From assembly GCA_963757385.1 (NCBI GenBank), contig CAVWRO010000006.1, positions 498,173 to 562,172 of the forward strand: DNA of 64,000 nucleotides, read 5' to 3'. Position 1 is the first letter of the stretch, and each line of letters begins with the position of its first letter. A program made the position numbers and the translations under genes. This DNA is from an uncultured Acidobacteriaceae bacterium (lineage in GTDB: Bacteria; Acidobacteriota; Terriglobia; Terriglobales; Acidobacteriaceae). The notes below the pieces were generated by a model that made no database searches, had not been told where the DNA came from, and worked only from the letters and a program-made list of their open reading frames with translations. Below, piece by piece: positions 35,787 to 46,260 of the stretch.

Positions 35787-38591
35787 TCATCCCGTGTTAT
35801 GCAGTCCGGCAGCGATGCCATTGATGGTTGCAGCCAGAGCGTAATTCAATTCGTCCGAGTTTGCGCCGGTGCGTTTTCTTCTCAGCAGGTCAACTTGAAT
35901 CAGACTGATCGGATCCACATAAGGATTGCGCAGCCTGATTGATCGCGACAACACGGCGTTATTTTCCAGAATTTGCTGTTCGCCCGTGAGGGAGAGGATC
36001 ACGCGCCGTGTGCGATCAAATTCCTCCACCAGCATTTGCCAAACCCGGTCTCTGAGAGTCGCGTCCTCAACCAGGCCGGCGTACATTTTCGCGATCGTCA
36101 GATCGGCTTTTGCCATGGCTAGTTCGACGTTTCGGATGAGGTCTGAAAAAAGTGGAAAATCTCGCATCATGTCGAGTAGTAACTGTCTTTGCGCGGACCC
36201 TCTTGAGGCGAAACGCTCGAGCGCATACCCGACTCCGAACCAGGCGGGAAGGGCGTGACGGCTTTGCATCCAGCCAAAGACCCATGGAATAGCGCGCAAG
36301 TCTTCCAATCGCCGATTGTGCGAACGCCGTGGCGGCCGCGAGCCGATTCGAGCATGTTCGAGTTCGTTTACTGGCGTGGCCTGTTCGAAATACACCAGCA
36401 CGTCGGGATTTTCGGCGATGCATTTGCGGTAAAAGCCGTAAGCATCTTCGGACATCTCGTCCATCGCCTGGTTCCATTTTTCGTCGCTGCCGGCTTTCGG
36501 CCCCTTCGGGCGTGTTAGCGCCTCAAGGCATGCCGCAATCATGATTTCGAGATTCCATTCCGCAAGTACAGGGTCAGCATATTTCCAGTTGAGCACTTCG
36601 CCCTGTTCGGTCACTCGAATTTCCCCGGAGAAGTCTCCTGCGGGCTGCGCCACAATTGCCGCATGGGTGGGACCTCCTCCGCGACCAACGGTGCCGCCGC
36701 GCCCGTGAAACAGCCGGAGCTTGACTCCATATTCCCGAGCGACTCGATGAAGTGCGCGATGTGCTTTGTAAAGCTCCCAAATACTTGTCAACATGCCGCC
36801 GTCTTTGTTGGAATCGGAGTAGCCAAGCATGATTTCCTGCCACCGACCCCAGGAGTCGAGCAAGGCTTTGTACTTGGGCGTACTCCAGACGCGAGACATA
36901 ATTTCCGGCGAAGTGCGCAATGATTCGATCGATTCGAACAAAGGAACCGGCATGAGTCCGGGGTCGTTGCCTTCGGCAGCCAGGCGAACTCCGCCTTCAT
37001 CGGCGAGTTGGAGAACGGCAAGAATGTCTTCCGAGGATTCGACTCCGCTAATGACGTAGTTACGAATTGCGCCCGCCGGATAAGCCTTTTTCATTTCCGT
37101 GATATTAGTGAAAGTCGCCACCACGTCGGCACCCTCGAAAGGATCGGTGTCGGATGAACGTGGAGCCAACGCACGTGCGTGCATTCTGGCATGCTGACGA
37201 ATGTCGAGCGTGGAGAGCTGAAATCCGAAAGTACGAATTTTCCGGAGCAGCGGATCAAAGACTAATTCGGCGAGCCTGTGACCGCAGTTCGCGCGCAAAC
37301 TGTCACGCATAAGAACCACGTCACGCTCGAACTCCACCACACTCGAATAGGCGTGGTTCGTGCCCTCGCCGTGGGTGTCGGTTAATCGAATAATTATGAA
37401 ATTCATGAATCGGCGATATAGTTCCGTCTCTGAAATGCGAGCCAGACGCGAGTGTTCGTCCCCAAATTTAGCGCTGTAATCGGAGAGCCGGGAGCGAAAT
37501 TCAGCGGAGACCGAAACTTGGCGTGATGAAGAACTGGTCCGATCAATCGCACGCTGTACTTCGGAAATATAGTGGGTGAGGATCGCATTGCGAGATCTCT
37601 GAAGAGCCTCGCGAGTGGAGTCATTTGTGACAAAGGGATTGCCATCGCGGTCGCCGCCAATCCATGAGCCAAAAGAAAGAACGGCCGGTATCTCTTCTTC
37701 GGCAAATTCCACTCCGTAAATCTCGCGAAAAGATTCGACGATTTCCGAATAGACGCGCGGGAGGGCGTCGAAAATTGAGAGAGGATAGTAATCCAGGCCC
37801 ATGCGAATTTCGTCTGAAACGAGAGGCTTTTCGACCCGAACCTCATCGGTCTGCCACAGGCTGGTAATTTCAGAAAGAACCAGATTTTCGCTGGACTTCG
37901 CCTCGGCTTGCGAAAGCGGCAGGTGATCCAGAGTTTCGAGGTACTGTGAGATCCTGCGGCGCTTGAATAAAACAGTTCGCCGCGCAACTTCAGTGGGATG
38001 CGCCGTAAAAACCGGAACCACTTTCACTTCTCTCAATGAAGCCATCGCAGCGTTCGCGGTCAGCCCGGACTCTCGCATTCGCAGCAATGTTCCACGAAAG
38101 GAACCGGGAAGGGAGGGCTGATCTGTATGTAATTTGGCGGCACGGCGACGCCTTTTGCGGTGATTCGTCTCCGCGAGATTGGTTAACTCAAAGTAAATGG
38201 CAAACGCCTTAGTTACCAGGTAGGCATCACCAATTTCCAACTGCTTCACCACGTTTCTGGCTTCTGCCATTTGCGGACTATCGAACTTCGCTCCGATCTC
38301 CTGCACGGCCAACTGTTCCCGGTACGAAATGAGAAGGCGCCGTAATTGTTCCACCACTTCGAAGAGTTGACGACCCGCCTGCTCAACAACAACCTTGCCA
38401 AGCAAAATCCCGAGCGAACGAACATCCCGGCGTAAAGGCGCCTCTTTAAGCGAATCCGCCGTAGCCGCGGTTAGTTCGGCTAAGCGACTACACTGATCGT
38501 CCGCGCCCCAAAGGGATCCCTCTGTCATAGGTGGAATCAATAGTAATTCATTGCCACTGTGATTCTCCAAGCGGTCTTTCGACCGGGACAA
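35787..38591 (-). CDS. ppc: Phosphoenolpyruvate carboxylase.
   Basis: 934 aa with VFTAHPTE, GYSDSNKDGG, FHGRGGTVGRGGGP and the C-terminal TINGIAAGLHNTG. Confidence 0.95.
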   Translation of the reverse strand: MSRSKDRLENHSGNELLLIPPMTEGSLWGADDQCSRLAELTAATADSLKEAPLRRDVRSLGILLGKVVVEQAGRQLFEVVEQLRRLLISYREQLAVQEIGAKFDSPQMAEARNVVKQLEIGDAYLVTKAFAIYFELTNLAETNHRKRRRRAAKLHTDQPSLPGSFRGTLLRMRESGLTANAAMASLREVKVVPVFTAHPTEVARRTVLFKRRRISQYLETLDHLPLSQAEAKSSENLVLSEITSLWQTDEVRVEKPLVSDEIRMGLDYYPLSIFDALPRVYSEIVESFREIYGVEFAEEEIPAVLSFGSWIGGDRDGNPFVTNDSTREALQRSRNAILTHYISEVQRAIDRTSSSSRQVSVSAEFRSRLSDYSAKFGDEHSRLARISETELYRRFMNFIIIRLTDTHGEGTNHAYSSVVEFERDVVLMRDSLRANCGHRLAELVFDPLLRKIRTFGFQLSTLDIRQHARMHARALAPRSSDTDPFEGADVVATFTNITEMKKAYPAGAIRNYVISGVESSEDILAVLQLADEGGVRLAAEGNDPGLMPVPLFESIESLRTSPEIMSRVWSTPKYKALLDSWGRWQEIMLGYSDSNKDGGMLTSIWELYKAHRALHRVAREYGVKLRLFHGRGGTVGRGGGPTHAAIVAQPAGDFSGEIRVTEQGEVLNWKYADPVLAEWNLEIMIAACLEALTRPKGPKAGSDEKWNQAMDEMSEDAYGFYRKCIAENPDVLVYFEQATPVNELEHARIGSRPPRRSHNRRLEDLRAIPWVFGWMQSRHALPAWFGVGYALERFASRGSAQRQLLLDMMRDFPLFSDLIRNVELAMAKADLTIAKMYAGLVEDATLRDRVWQMLVEEFDRTRRVILSLTGEQQILENNAVLSRSIRLRNPYVDPISLIQVDLLRRKRTGANSDELNYALAATINGIAAGLHNTG

Positions 38592-38786
38592 GTTGAACCA
38601 ATCAACCGCGAAACACGAAGTTACACGAAGAAGGCCGTCAAAATTGGCCTTCGTGATCCCACCGTATCGTTAGTGGTTAATTGGTTTTACTGCTGCCGCA
38701 GCAAACTGACACCATCACCCTTGCGCCGGATCGAGGGAAGAGAAACACAATTGACCTCTCTATATCTTTCGGACTACGATTGCTGC

Positions 38787-39467
38787 ATGTTACGCAACAT
38801 AATGTTCGGGATATTGATTGCCGCTTCCACCTCGATGTTTGCAGCAGACCCGGGTGCGATGTTTTATGGCAACGATGTGCTGCGCAATGGGGCCGAGATC
38901 GCCAATGCGTCCGCGATCTTCTCCGGCGATCTGTTGGAGACGCGGGCTGATTCGGTGGCCAACCTGAAGGCGTTGGGAACCAACGTGATTATTCTTCCCA
39001 TTTCGCTGGTGGAGTTTCAGGGGCAAAGCCTGTCTGTGGAACACGGCAGCGTGAGTGTGGCCACGTCGCACGGGATCAGCGTTCGTGCCGGCTGCATGAT
39101 GATCGTGCCGGCATCGAGCGCGTGGACCCAATTCCAAGTGACCGACGTGAATGGAACGGTTCAAGTTGCGGCCACGAAAAATGATGTCAGGTTGGAGACA
39201 GTGAACGATTCGGGATCTGCGAAAGAATTGCCAGCATCGCTGTCGAGCAGCAACCTGCGCGAGGGCGAACAAACTTCGCGCGAGGACTCGGCGGGTTGCA
39301 AGAGCGACAAACGCAAGCGGGATGCAGGAGGAGGCGCGACTCCGGCTGGATCGGGTGGCGTATTGAGTTCGGATTACACCAAGTACGTTGCCCTTGGCGC
39401 TATCGGTGGGCTCGGCGTCTGGCTCGCGCTCGACAACGACGATCCACCCAGCCCCTGGAAACCTTGA
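38787..39467 (+). CDS. Hypothetical secreted protein.
   Basis: I use the internal start MLRNIMFGILIAASTSMFAADPG, which gives a signal peptide. The listed start at 38559 overlaps ppc and encodes non-protein-like sequence. The body is beta-rich with a Gly-rich C-terminal TM-like tail. Confidence 0.55.
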   Translation: MLRNIMFGILIAASTSMFAADPGAMFYGNDVLRNGAEIANASAIFSGDLLETRADSVANLKALGTNVIILPISLVEFQGQSLSVEHGSVSVATSHGISVRAGCMMIVPASSAWTQFQVTDVNGTVQVAATKNDVRLETVNDSGSAKELPASLSSSNLREGEQTSREDSAGCKSDKRKRDAGGGATPAGSGGVLSSDYTKYVALGAIGGLGVWLALDNDDPPSPWKP

Positions 39468-39578
39468 TTTGTGGCGTTCGAGAACGTGGAGATTAACAGT
39501 TCCGTTTAGGATCTTGCGCGGAGCGGCTCGATGTTCATCGTCATAGACGAGATGGCGGACGGAATCGAGAGTGCAGGT

Positions 39579-39634
39579 GATGCGCGCGAGTCCCTCACTC
39601 GGCTGGTGAGAGCGCCGAGTTTCGGGATGACGCC
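39579..39634. repeat. Single hairpin unit of the MITE-like repeat family.
   Basis: gatgcgcgcgagtccctcactcggctggtgagagcgccgagtttcgggatgacgcc is colinear with the unit at 19344-19405. Confidence 0.45.
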
Positions 39635-39763
39635 TCTGAAAGAAAACAATCTAACTCATTTGCTGTTCGTTGATATTTAACCCAGATCAATTTTCCAATC
39701 AATATTCTCCTTGCTTGATTGGAGAGGCATTGGTTCATTCCTTCCTGTAGAGTATAAATTCAA

Positions 39764-40918
39764 TTGTCTGGAGGTATTTTCTTGCAGCATGGCAATGGCA
39801 ACAGCGATGGTGCGGGCATTGACCGTCATCTTCACGATCCCATCGAAGACAAACTTATCCCGCTAGAGCCGTTGGATCTCAACCGCATTCGGTCCATTGA
39901 CGATCTCGTGCGCGCGATGGGCAATACCGCTTTCACCGGACGACAGATTGGCGAAGCTGCCGACGTTCTCGAAGCGATGGCCCGCGACAAGGACTGTTTT
40001 GTCGTGATGACACTTGCAGGCGCAATGACAGTTGCGAAACAGGGTCTAATTATCTCTGAGCTGATTGATCGCGGCATCGTGAATGCCATTGTTTCGACCG
40101 GGGCGCTTATGGCCCACGGGCTTGTCGAGGCGACCGGACGCTCGCATTTCCGCTACAACCCGGAGGTGCCCGACACTGAGCTTTACGAACAAGGCTATAA
40201 CCGTGTTTACGATACGCTGGAGCCGGAGCAGAATCTGGACGATGTTGAAGAAGTAATGTCCGAGATATTGGAAGGTTGGGATCACAACGAGGTGGTTTGC
40301 TCTTATAAGCTGAATCATGCAATCGGAGAGCATCTGGCGAAGCGGTCTAAAGATCAGCGGGGGATTCTCCGCTCGGCATATGAAAAAGGCGTGCCGGTTT
40401 TCGTACCTGCATTCACTGACTCTGAACTCGGTTTGGACGTGGCGCTAAACAACCGCCTGCGCGAATCCACTGGACGACATAAACTGCGATTTGATCCGTT
40501 TGAAGATCTGGAACATTTCGCCGCGACATTGCTGCGCCAGACTCGGTTAGGAATTTTTACCATTGGCGGAGGAGTTCCGCGAAACTGGTCCCAGCAGTTC
40601 GGGCCGTTCCTGGAATTGCGTCATCGCCGCCTCGGCGAAAAATTGCCGTTGAAGCGATATCACTATGGAGTGCGGATTTGTCCCGAACCAGTTTATTGGG
40701 GAGGGTTGTCGGGAAGTCCGTACAGCGAGGCAATTTCGTGGGGCAAATTTGTACCTCCCGCCGAAGGCGGCAAGTTCGGAGAGGTTTTCGTGGATGCGAC
40801 CGTAGGGATGCCGTTGATTGTTGCGGCGGTTCTGGAGAGACTGGGGAAACCGAAGGTTTCAACTTCGCAAGCCACGGAAAAAAAGAAGGCCGGGCAAAAA
40901 TCTTCGGCCCGAAGATAG
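39764..40918 (+). CDS. Deoxyhypusine synthase-like protein.
   Basis: TLAGAMTVAKQGLIISELIDRGIVNAIVSTGALMAHG and FTIGGGVPRNW match the DS family. The start is non-ATG (TTG at 39764, or in-frame TTG at 39782 preceded by GGAGG). Confidence 0.85.
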   Translation: MSGGIFLQHGNGNSDGAGIDRHLHDPIEDKLIPLEPLDLNRIRSIDDLVRAMGNTAFTGRQIGEAADVLEAMARDKDCFVVMTLAGAMTVAKQGLIISELIDRGIVNAIVSTGALMAHGLVEATGRSHFRYNPEVPDTELYEQGYNRVYDTLEPEQNLDDVEEVMSEILEGWDHNEVVCSYKLNHAIGEHLAKRSKDQRGILRSAYEKGVPVFVPAFTDSELGLDVALNNRLRESTGRHKLRFDPFEDLEHFAATLLRQTRLGIFTIGGGVPRNWSQQFGPFLELRHRRLGEKLPLKRYHYGVRICPEPVYWGGLSGSPYSEAISWGKFVPPAEGGKFGEVFVDATVGMPLIVAAVLERLGKPKVSTSQATEKKKAGQKSSARR

Positions 40919-41041
40919 CTGGAATAGTTGGAGCGCTGGACGTAACAGAGTATGGTCCGGCGGTTCGGCGGGTTCCGCGTTCTGGAAGCGCCTCCGTTAT
41001 AATCTTCGTTCGCTTTGAATCTTCCATTCTAAAGGCACAAC

Positions 41042-42892
41042 TTGCTCGATTTCTTAGGCGAATTACAGCGTACTCATATGTGCGGGGAACTGCGCGCTTC
41101 CGATGCCGGAAAAAAAGCCGTGCTTATGGGATGGGTCAACCGGCGCCGCGATCTCGGCAACCTCCTGTTTATTGATTTACGTGACCGCAGCGGTATTACA
41201 CAGGTTGTCGCTAACAAAGAATTGAATGTTGCCGTCCATGAGAAAGCGGAGACTTTGAAAAATGAGTACGTCGTTGCCGTGATTGGCAATGTCAAACGAC
41301 GCGATCCCAATACGGTGAACAAGAACATTCCCACCGGCGAGGTTGAGCTGGTTGCGGACGAACTGCGGATACTTAACGAATCGAAGCAGCCGCCATTTCT
41401 TCCAGGCGACAGTGTTTTGCCGAACGAAGAAATGCGGTTGAAGTATCGCTACATTGACTTGCGCCGCGATGCCATGCAGCGCAATATCGAGCTGCGTCAC
41501 AAGGTTTCGATTGCGATTCGCGAGTATCTTTCAGCGCACGGATTTTTTGAAATTGAAACCCCATTCATGACGCGATCAACACCGGAGGGTGCCCGGGATT
41601 ATTTGGTTCCCAGCCGGGTGCAACCGGGATCGTTCTATGCGCTGCCGCAATCGCCGCAGTTGTTTAAACAAATTTTGATGATTTCCGGTTTTGACCGGTA
41701 TTTTCAAATTGTTCGCTGCTTTCGCGACGAAGATTTGCGGGCTGACCGCCAGCCTGAATTCACCCAGATTGATTTGGAAATGTCCTACCCGCAGCCCGAG
41801 CGAGTATGGGAGGTTGTCGAGGGTTTTCTGACTGCCGCATTCGCGGCTGCCGGGCATGAAATAAAAGCGCCATTTCCCCGGATGAGTTATGACGAAGCCA
41901 TGCGTCTTTATGGCAATGACAAGCCTGATATGCGTCTGCCCGCGATGACCGATGTGCGGAAAGCGTTTAGTTCAGAGGAGTGGGAGTCCTTTAGCGCCCG
42001 TTTCAAACCGCGGGAAGGATTTCCTGTTCAGCTAATCCGCATACCAAAGGCAGGGGAAATCTCTGGAACAGAAAGACGCACGATTGGTGAGTACGGCGCA
42101 TACGCGTACGCCCAGAGTCAACTTGTCATGACCTTAATGACGGATCCTAAACGCTTTGTGAAGGATTATCCTGTTTCAACCGATAGCCTATTGAAACTCG
42201 CCCATGTTGAGGAGGGAGATTTATGGGTGTTGGCGGTCTGCAATAACGCGATCGAGAGTCTACGGAGCTTCCTCGGAAGGTGCGGATTCCTGCGTTCGGA
42301 CCTGGCGCAGAAATATGCTGGGAAGCATGGCGCATTTGTGAAGACGGGCGATCCGGCGAAAGACTTCAGATTTCTATGGGTCACAGACTTTCCCATGTTC
42401 GAATGGGATCGTGACAGCAAACGCTGGAACGCGGCTCACCATCCGTTCACATCGCCTCACGATCACGATATGGCGAAGCTCGACGGTGGTTTTGAATCCG
42501 TGACCGATCCAAAATCTCAGCTCGGCAAGATACGCGCGTTGGCTTACGATGTTGTCCTCAATGGGACGGAGCTTGGGTCTGGTTCGATCAGGATTCATCG
42601 GCAGGACATTCAAAGCAAGATTTTCCACGCGCTCGGCATGACGGACGAAGAAGCCCGCTCGCGCTTCGGCTTTTTTCTCGAAGCTTTGGAGTATGGCACC
42701 CCTCCCCATGGCGGGATCGCGTTAGGGCTCGATCGCATCGTGATGATTCTCGCCGGAGCCGACAGTTTGCGCGAGGTGATTCCTTTCCCGAAGACGGCCC
42801 GAGCGGTGGACTTGATGGTGGATGCCCCGACACCGGTGAGTGAGGCTCAGTTGAAGGAGTTGGGGATCGCTGTGCGCACGAAGAAAGAATGA
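41042..42892 (+). CDS. aspS: Aspartate--tRNA ligase (bacterial type).
   Basis: GWVNRRRDLGNLLFIDLRDRSG (OB domain), class II motifs FRDEDLRADRQPEFTQID and GGIALGLDR. 616 aa with a TTG start. Confidence 0.95.
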   Translation: MLDFLGELQRTHMCGELRASDAGKKAVLMGWVNRRRDLGNLLFIDLRDRSGITQVVANKELNVAVHEKAETLKNEYVVAVIGNVKRRDPNTVNKNIPTGEVELVADELRILNESKQPPFLPGDSVLPNEEMRLKYRYIDLRRDAMQRNIELRHKVSIAIREYLSAHGFFEIETPFMTRSTPEGARDYLVPSRVQPGSFYALPQSPQLFKQILMISGFDRYFQIVRCFRDEDLRADRQPEFTQIDLEMSYPQPERVWEVVEGFLTAAFAAAGHEIKAPFPRMSYDEAMRLYGNDKPDMRLPAMTDVRKAFSSEEWESFSARFKPREGFPVQLIRIPKAGEISGTERRTIGEYGAYAYAQSQLVMTLMTDPKRFVKDYPVSTDSLLKLAHVEEGDLWVLAVCNNAIESLRSFLGRCGFLRSDLAQKYAGKHGAFVKTGDPAKDFRFLWVTDFPMFEWDRDSKRWNAAHHPFTSPHDHDMAKLDGGFESVTDPKSQLGKIRALAYDVVLNGTELGSGSIRIHRQDIQSKIFHALGMTDEEARSRFGFFLEALEYGTPPHGGIALGLDRIVMILAGADSLREVIPFPKTARAVDLMVDAPTPVSEAQLKELGIAVRTKKE

Positions 42893-42936
42893 ATCGAGCC
42901 TGTGTTCTGATTGGAGTCGCGCTAGTTGCGGAAAAG

Positions 42937-42993
42937 CAGATTCCTCGCTTCCCTTATCCAGGGCTTGCCGATTGATAGGCTCGGAATGACAAG
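42937..42993. repeat. Diverged hairpin unit related to the MITE-like family.
   Basis: cagattcctcgc...ggctcggaatgacaag has the same outer words (GAT(T/C)CCTCGC ... GCTCGG(A/G)ATGAC) as the other copies. Confidence 0.35.
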
Positions 42994-43029
42994 GGTCGTT
43001 TATTTGTAACGATAATCGCAGGATTCGCG

Positions 43030-44424
43030 CTACAACTCGTACTTCTTCATTAAATGTCGAAATGACCGATAGGAAATCTTCAGCAGATCGGCGGCGCGAG
43101 TTTGGACTCCGTTGGATTGGGATAACGCCGTGAGCAACAGCGAGCGCTCAACGTCGGCGACGTATTTTTCCATTTCGAGGCCTTCGGGCAAGGTGGATCC
43201 GTTGCCCGCTTGGAACGCGCCGTTCGCCCCGACTCCGGCGACAGCGGCTTTGGCTTTGGAACGCTCTACGGGGAGTTCCACGTGCAGTTCTTCCCCGGTT
43301 TCGAGTGCCACGGCGCGTTCAATCGTATTTTCAAGTTGGCGAACATTGCCGGGCCAGTCATATCCGCACAGAGATTCGAGCGATTCTCCATGTACACGTA
43401 AAATATTTCGGCCCGCCGCAGGCGCATACTTTTTCAAGAAATGATTAACCAGCAGCGGCACATCTTCGCGGCGCTGGCGGAGCGGCGGCACGGAGATTGG
43501 AATGACACTAAGCCGATAATACAGGTCCTCCCGAAACGTATTTTCGGCGACCTGCTTATCGAGGTCGCGGTTGGTGGCGGCGATCACGCGTACGTCAATC
43601 GCGATCTCAGAGGTTCCGCCGACGGGGCGTACGCAACGCTCCTGGAGAACGCGAAGCAGCTTGACCTGCATGGTCAGGCTCATTTCGCTGATCTCATCGA
43701 GAAAAATAGTGCCTTGGGTTGCAACTTCGAAGAGGCCGCGCTTGTTCTGGTTGGCTCCGGTGAATGCTCCCTTTACATATCCAAATAGCTCACTTTCCAG
43801 GAGCGTTTCAGGAAATGCTCCGCAATTAATTGAGACAAATGGCTCGGTGGCGCGGGGAGAGCAGACGTGAACTGCGCGGGCGACAAGTTCCTTTCCGGTT
43901 CCACTCTCGCCATAGATCAGAACGGTGCTCTGTGTAGAAGCCACGGTGCGAATGGTTTGCTTCAGCTGTTCCATCGCCACGCTGACACCGATAATGTTTT
44001 CCAGCGAATTGCGGGTGGCGGCGTCGCGCTTAAAAGCAAAGTTTTGCCGGCTGAGAGCCATTTTTTCCAAAGCACGGTTAATCGCAAGCTTGATTTCGTC
44101 CACAAGCCCAGGCGACTTGCGTATGTAGTCGGTTGCACCACCTGCCTTGACAGCCTCTACGGCAGCCCCATAGTCATCCACAGCGGTGATCAGGATTACT
44201 GCCGACTCCGGAGAGACCTGGTGCGCATGGCGCAGGACCTCGATGCCATCCGTGTTCGGCATCTTGATGTCGGTAACGACGACGTCATATAGGGCGCCAT
44301 TGAGCTTTCTTTTAGCTTCGTCGCCAGATTTTACGGTTTCGACTTTGTGGCCATCGCGACGCAGGGCGATGTCGAGCATTTCGCAGATGGAGCGCTCGTC
44401 GTCACAAACTAGAATGTTACCCAT
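43030..44424 (-). CDS. pilR: Sigma-54-dependent response regulator (NtrC family), PilR-like by context.
   Basis: Receiver domain (ILVCDDE...DVVVTDIKMP), AAA+ sigma-54 activator motifs GESGTGKE and GAFTGA, and a C-terminal Fis-type HTH. It is adjacent to pilS and pilBTC. Confidence 0.85.
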   Translation of the reverse strand: MGNILVCDDERSICEMLDIALRRDGHKVETVKSGDEAKRKLNGALYDVVVTDIKMPNTDGIEVLRHAHQVSPESAVILITAVDDYGAAVEAVKAGGATDYIRKSPGLVDEIKLAINRALEKMALSRQNFAFKRDAATRNSLENIIGVSVAMEQLKQTIRTVASTQSTVLIYGESGTGKELVARAVHVCSPRATEPFVSINCGAFPETLLESELFGYVKGAFTGANQNKRGLFEVATQGTIFLDEISEMSLTMQVKLLRVLQERCVRPVGGTSEIAIDVRVIAATNRDLDKQVAENTFREDLYYRLSVIPISVPPLRQRREDVPLLVNHFLKKYAPAAGRNILRVHGESLESLCGYDWPGNVRQLENTIERAVALETGEELHVELPVERSKAKAAVAGVGANGAFQAGNGSTLPEGLEMEKYVADVERSLLLTALSQSNGVQTRAADLLKISYRSFRHLMKKYEL

Positions 44425-46126
44425 GCGCGCCTCCTGCGGATGCCGTGGCCACGCTTACATTTTCGAGACTCGAGGCGCGATTAGATTTATTGAGAGTTTT
44501 CTGACTGGAGATTGGAATCTCGCCAGCGACTACGCTACGCAACCGAAGAACAAAAACGCAGCCCTCGCCGGGCTTTGATCGTGCCCAGACTTTCCCTTCA
44601 TGCGCTTGCACAATCTGGTAAACGATAGCCAGACCCAACCCGGTCCCGCCTTCGAATTGCGATTGGAACGGCTCAAACACTTTTTCGGTCAACTGTGGGC
44701 TCATCCCGGGGCCGGTATCCGCGAAATTCAGTTGCCAATCGTTGCCAACTTTCTCAATTGAGACGGTTAATGTCCCACTGGTTTGCATCGCGCGCACGGC
44801 GTTCTGACAGAAATTCCAAAATACTTGTTTGAGCTTGTCGCCGTCAGCAAGGACAAAGGCTTTATCCGTACAATAGCGGCGCTCAATGCGAATCTTTACG
44901 TTGTCTGCAATGAAGCGGTGTTCAAGCAGAGTTAATGTGTCTTCCAATAACGGCAGCAGATCAACTTGCGCGAAGCGGTACTGCTTGCCCCGGGAATAGG
45001 CCAGGAAGTCGGTGATAATGTCGTTCAAACGTTCAGATTCTCTGGTGACGATCTCCAGCAATTGCCGGTGATCGTCTTTTAAGTCAGGAATGCCAGAGAG
45101 CATGTACACCGATCCGGCAATTGAAGTAAGAGGATTGCGGATTTCGTGAGCTATCGCAGAGGCTAGTCTTCCGACCGCAGCCAAACGGTCCTGCAAACGC
45201 ACTTCACGCTCGAGGCGCCTGATCTCGGTGAGATCATCGAATGTGTAAACGTACCCCAACGTTCCCTTATCAGGGACGGTCAGGGGGGAAACCATGATCC
45301 TGAAAGTCTTGCGAAAGCTATTGGGTACGACCAGACGAACTTCGCCGTGTGCACTGTCGGAATCAAGTTGCGGCAAAGAATCCAGAAAGATATCGCTGAC
45401 CGGCTGATTGAGCAGTTCGTTTTCTTCGCGTTCCAATAGTTTTTGAGCGGCTATGTTCACCAGCGTGATGTGCCCATCCAAGCCGGTCGTGATGAGGCCG
45501 CAACTGGTGGCCTGAATGATGTTTTCATGCAGCGCTTGTAGACTTCGAAGCTCACCGCTGGTGTGCTTTAGCTTTACATCAACCTGGCGAAGTTTAGCCG
45601 CCAGAAGGCTTGCAAGATAAGCAATAGCGAGGTAGGCAAAGAAGTTGACAAGAATGATCGCTTGCAGAGCCCGCAGGTCCGGATGGCTTGTCGAATAGGA
45701 TTGAATAACCCCGTAATAACTCATCTCCAGCATGGTGCCGTAGAGAATGAAGGCGAGTGACGCAGTTATGTAAGTCCACCATCGGGGCAATAGGACGCTG
45801 GCAACGATGACTACGAGAGGATAAAGAAAGTTAAGCGAGCTATCTTCCCCCCCAGTTGCATAAACGACCATGGAAACCAATGCCAGGTCGGTGAGCACTT
45901 GGAGAATGGATTGAATGCGATGCTCTCGCCAGAAAGATAACAGGAGAAGATAAAAAACTGAGATCGCGTACCAGAGAAGGATCGTATTGACGAATAATCG
46001 CAGCGGAAGCGGATTGGGAGTGAGCCGTGCAATGGCCAGCTCAATTCCCAGCAGGAAGGTCAGAATTATGATGCGAACCTTGACCAGCCAGGCCAGCCAC
46101 AGCCGTTCATCAAACATGGATTGCAT
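44417..46126 (-). CDS. pilS: Sensor histidine kinase, PilS-like (multi-TM N terminus, PAS, HisKA, HATPase_c).
   Basis: Six N-terminal TM helices. The H-box is AIAHEIRNPLTSI, the N-box is FCQNAVRAM, and the G-boxes are DTGPGM and GGTGLGLAIV. It overlaps pilR by 8 nt. Confidence 0.8.
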   Translation of the reverse strand: MQSMFDERLWLAWLVKVRIIILTFLLGIELAIARLTPNPLPLRLFVNTILLWYAISVFYLLLLSFWREHRIQSILQVLTDLALVSMVVYATGGEDSSLNFLYPLVVIVASVLLPRWWTYITASLAFILYGTMLEMSYYGVIQSYSTSHPDLRALQAIILVNFFAYLAIAYLASLLAAKLRQVDVKLKHTSGELRSLQALHENIIQATSCGLITTGLDGHITLVNIAAQKLLEREENELLNQPVSDIFLDSLPQLDSDSAHGEVRLVVPNSFRKTFRIMVSPLTVPDKGTLGYVYTFDDLTEIRRLEREVRLQDRLAAVGRLASAIAHEIRNPLTSIAGSVYMLSGIPDLKDDHRQLLEIVTRESERLNDIITDFLAYSRGKQYRFAQVDLLPLLEDTLTLLEHRFIADNVKIRIERRYCTDKAFVLADGDKLKQVFWNFCQNAVRAMQTSGTLTVSIEKVGNDWQLNFADTGPGMSPQLTEKVFEPFQSQFEGGTGLGLAIVYQIVQAHEGKVWARSKPGEGCVFVLRLRSVVAGEIPISSQKTLNKSNRASSLENVSVATASAGGAHG

Positions 46127-46207
46127 CGTGACTTAATCCCGTGCCTTTTTCCCGGAGGAGGCGGATGCGCACAGAAGGCAGCCAGCGTTGGGAAGATTTG
46201 GTTTTAG

Positions 46208-46245
46208 AAAGAGGCGGCACCCATAAAGATGAATGCCACCTCTTT
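46208..46245. terminator. Hairpin after pilC (terminator-like).
   Basis: aaagaggcggca / tgccacctcttt is a 12 bp stem with one mismatch, flanked by A and T runs. It lies 16 nt downstream of the pilC stop. Confidence 0.45.
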
Positions 46246-46260
46246 TTCGAATTCAGATGG

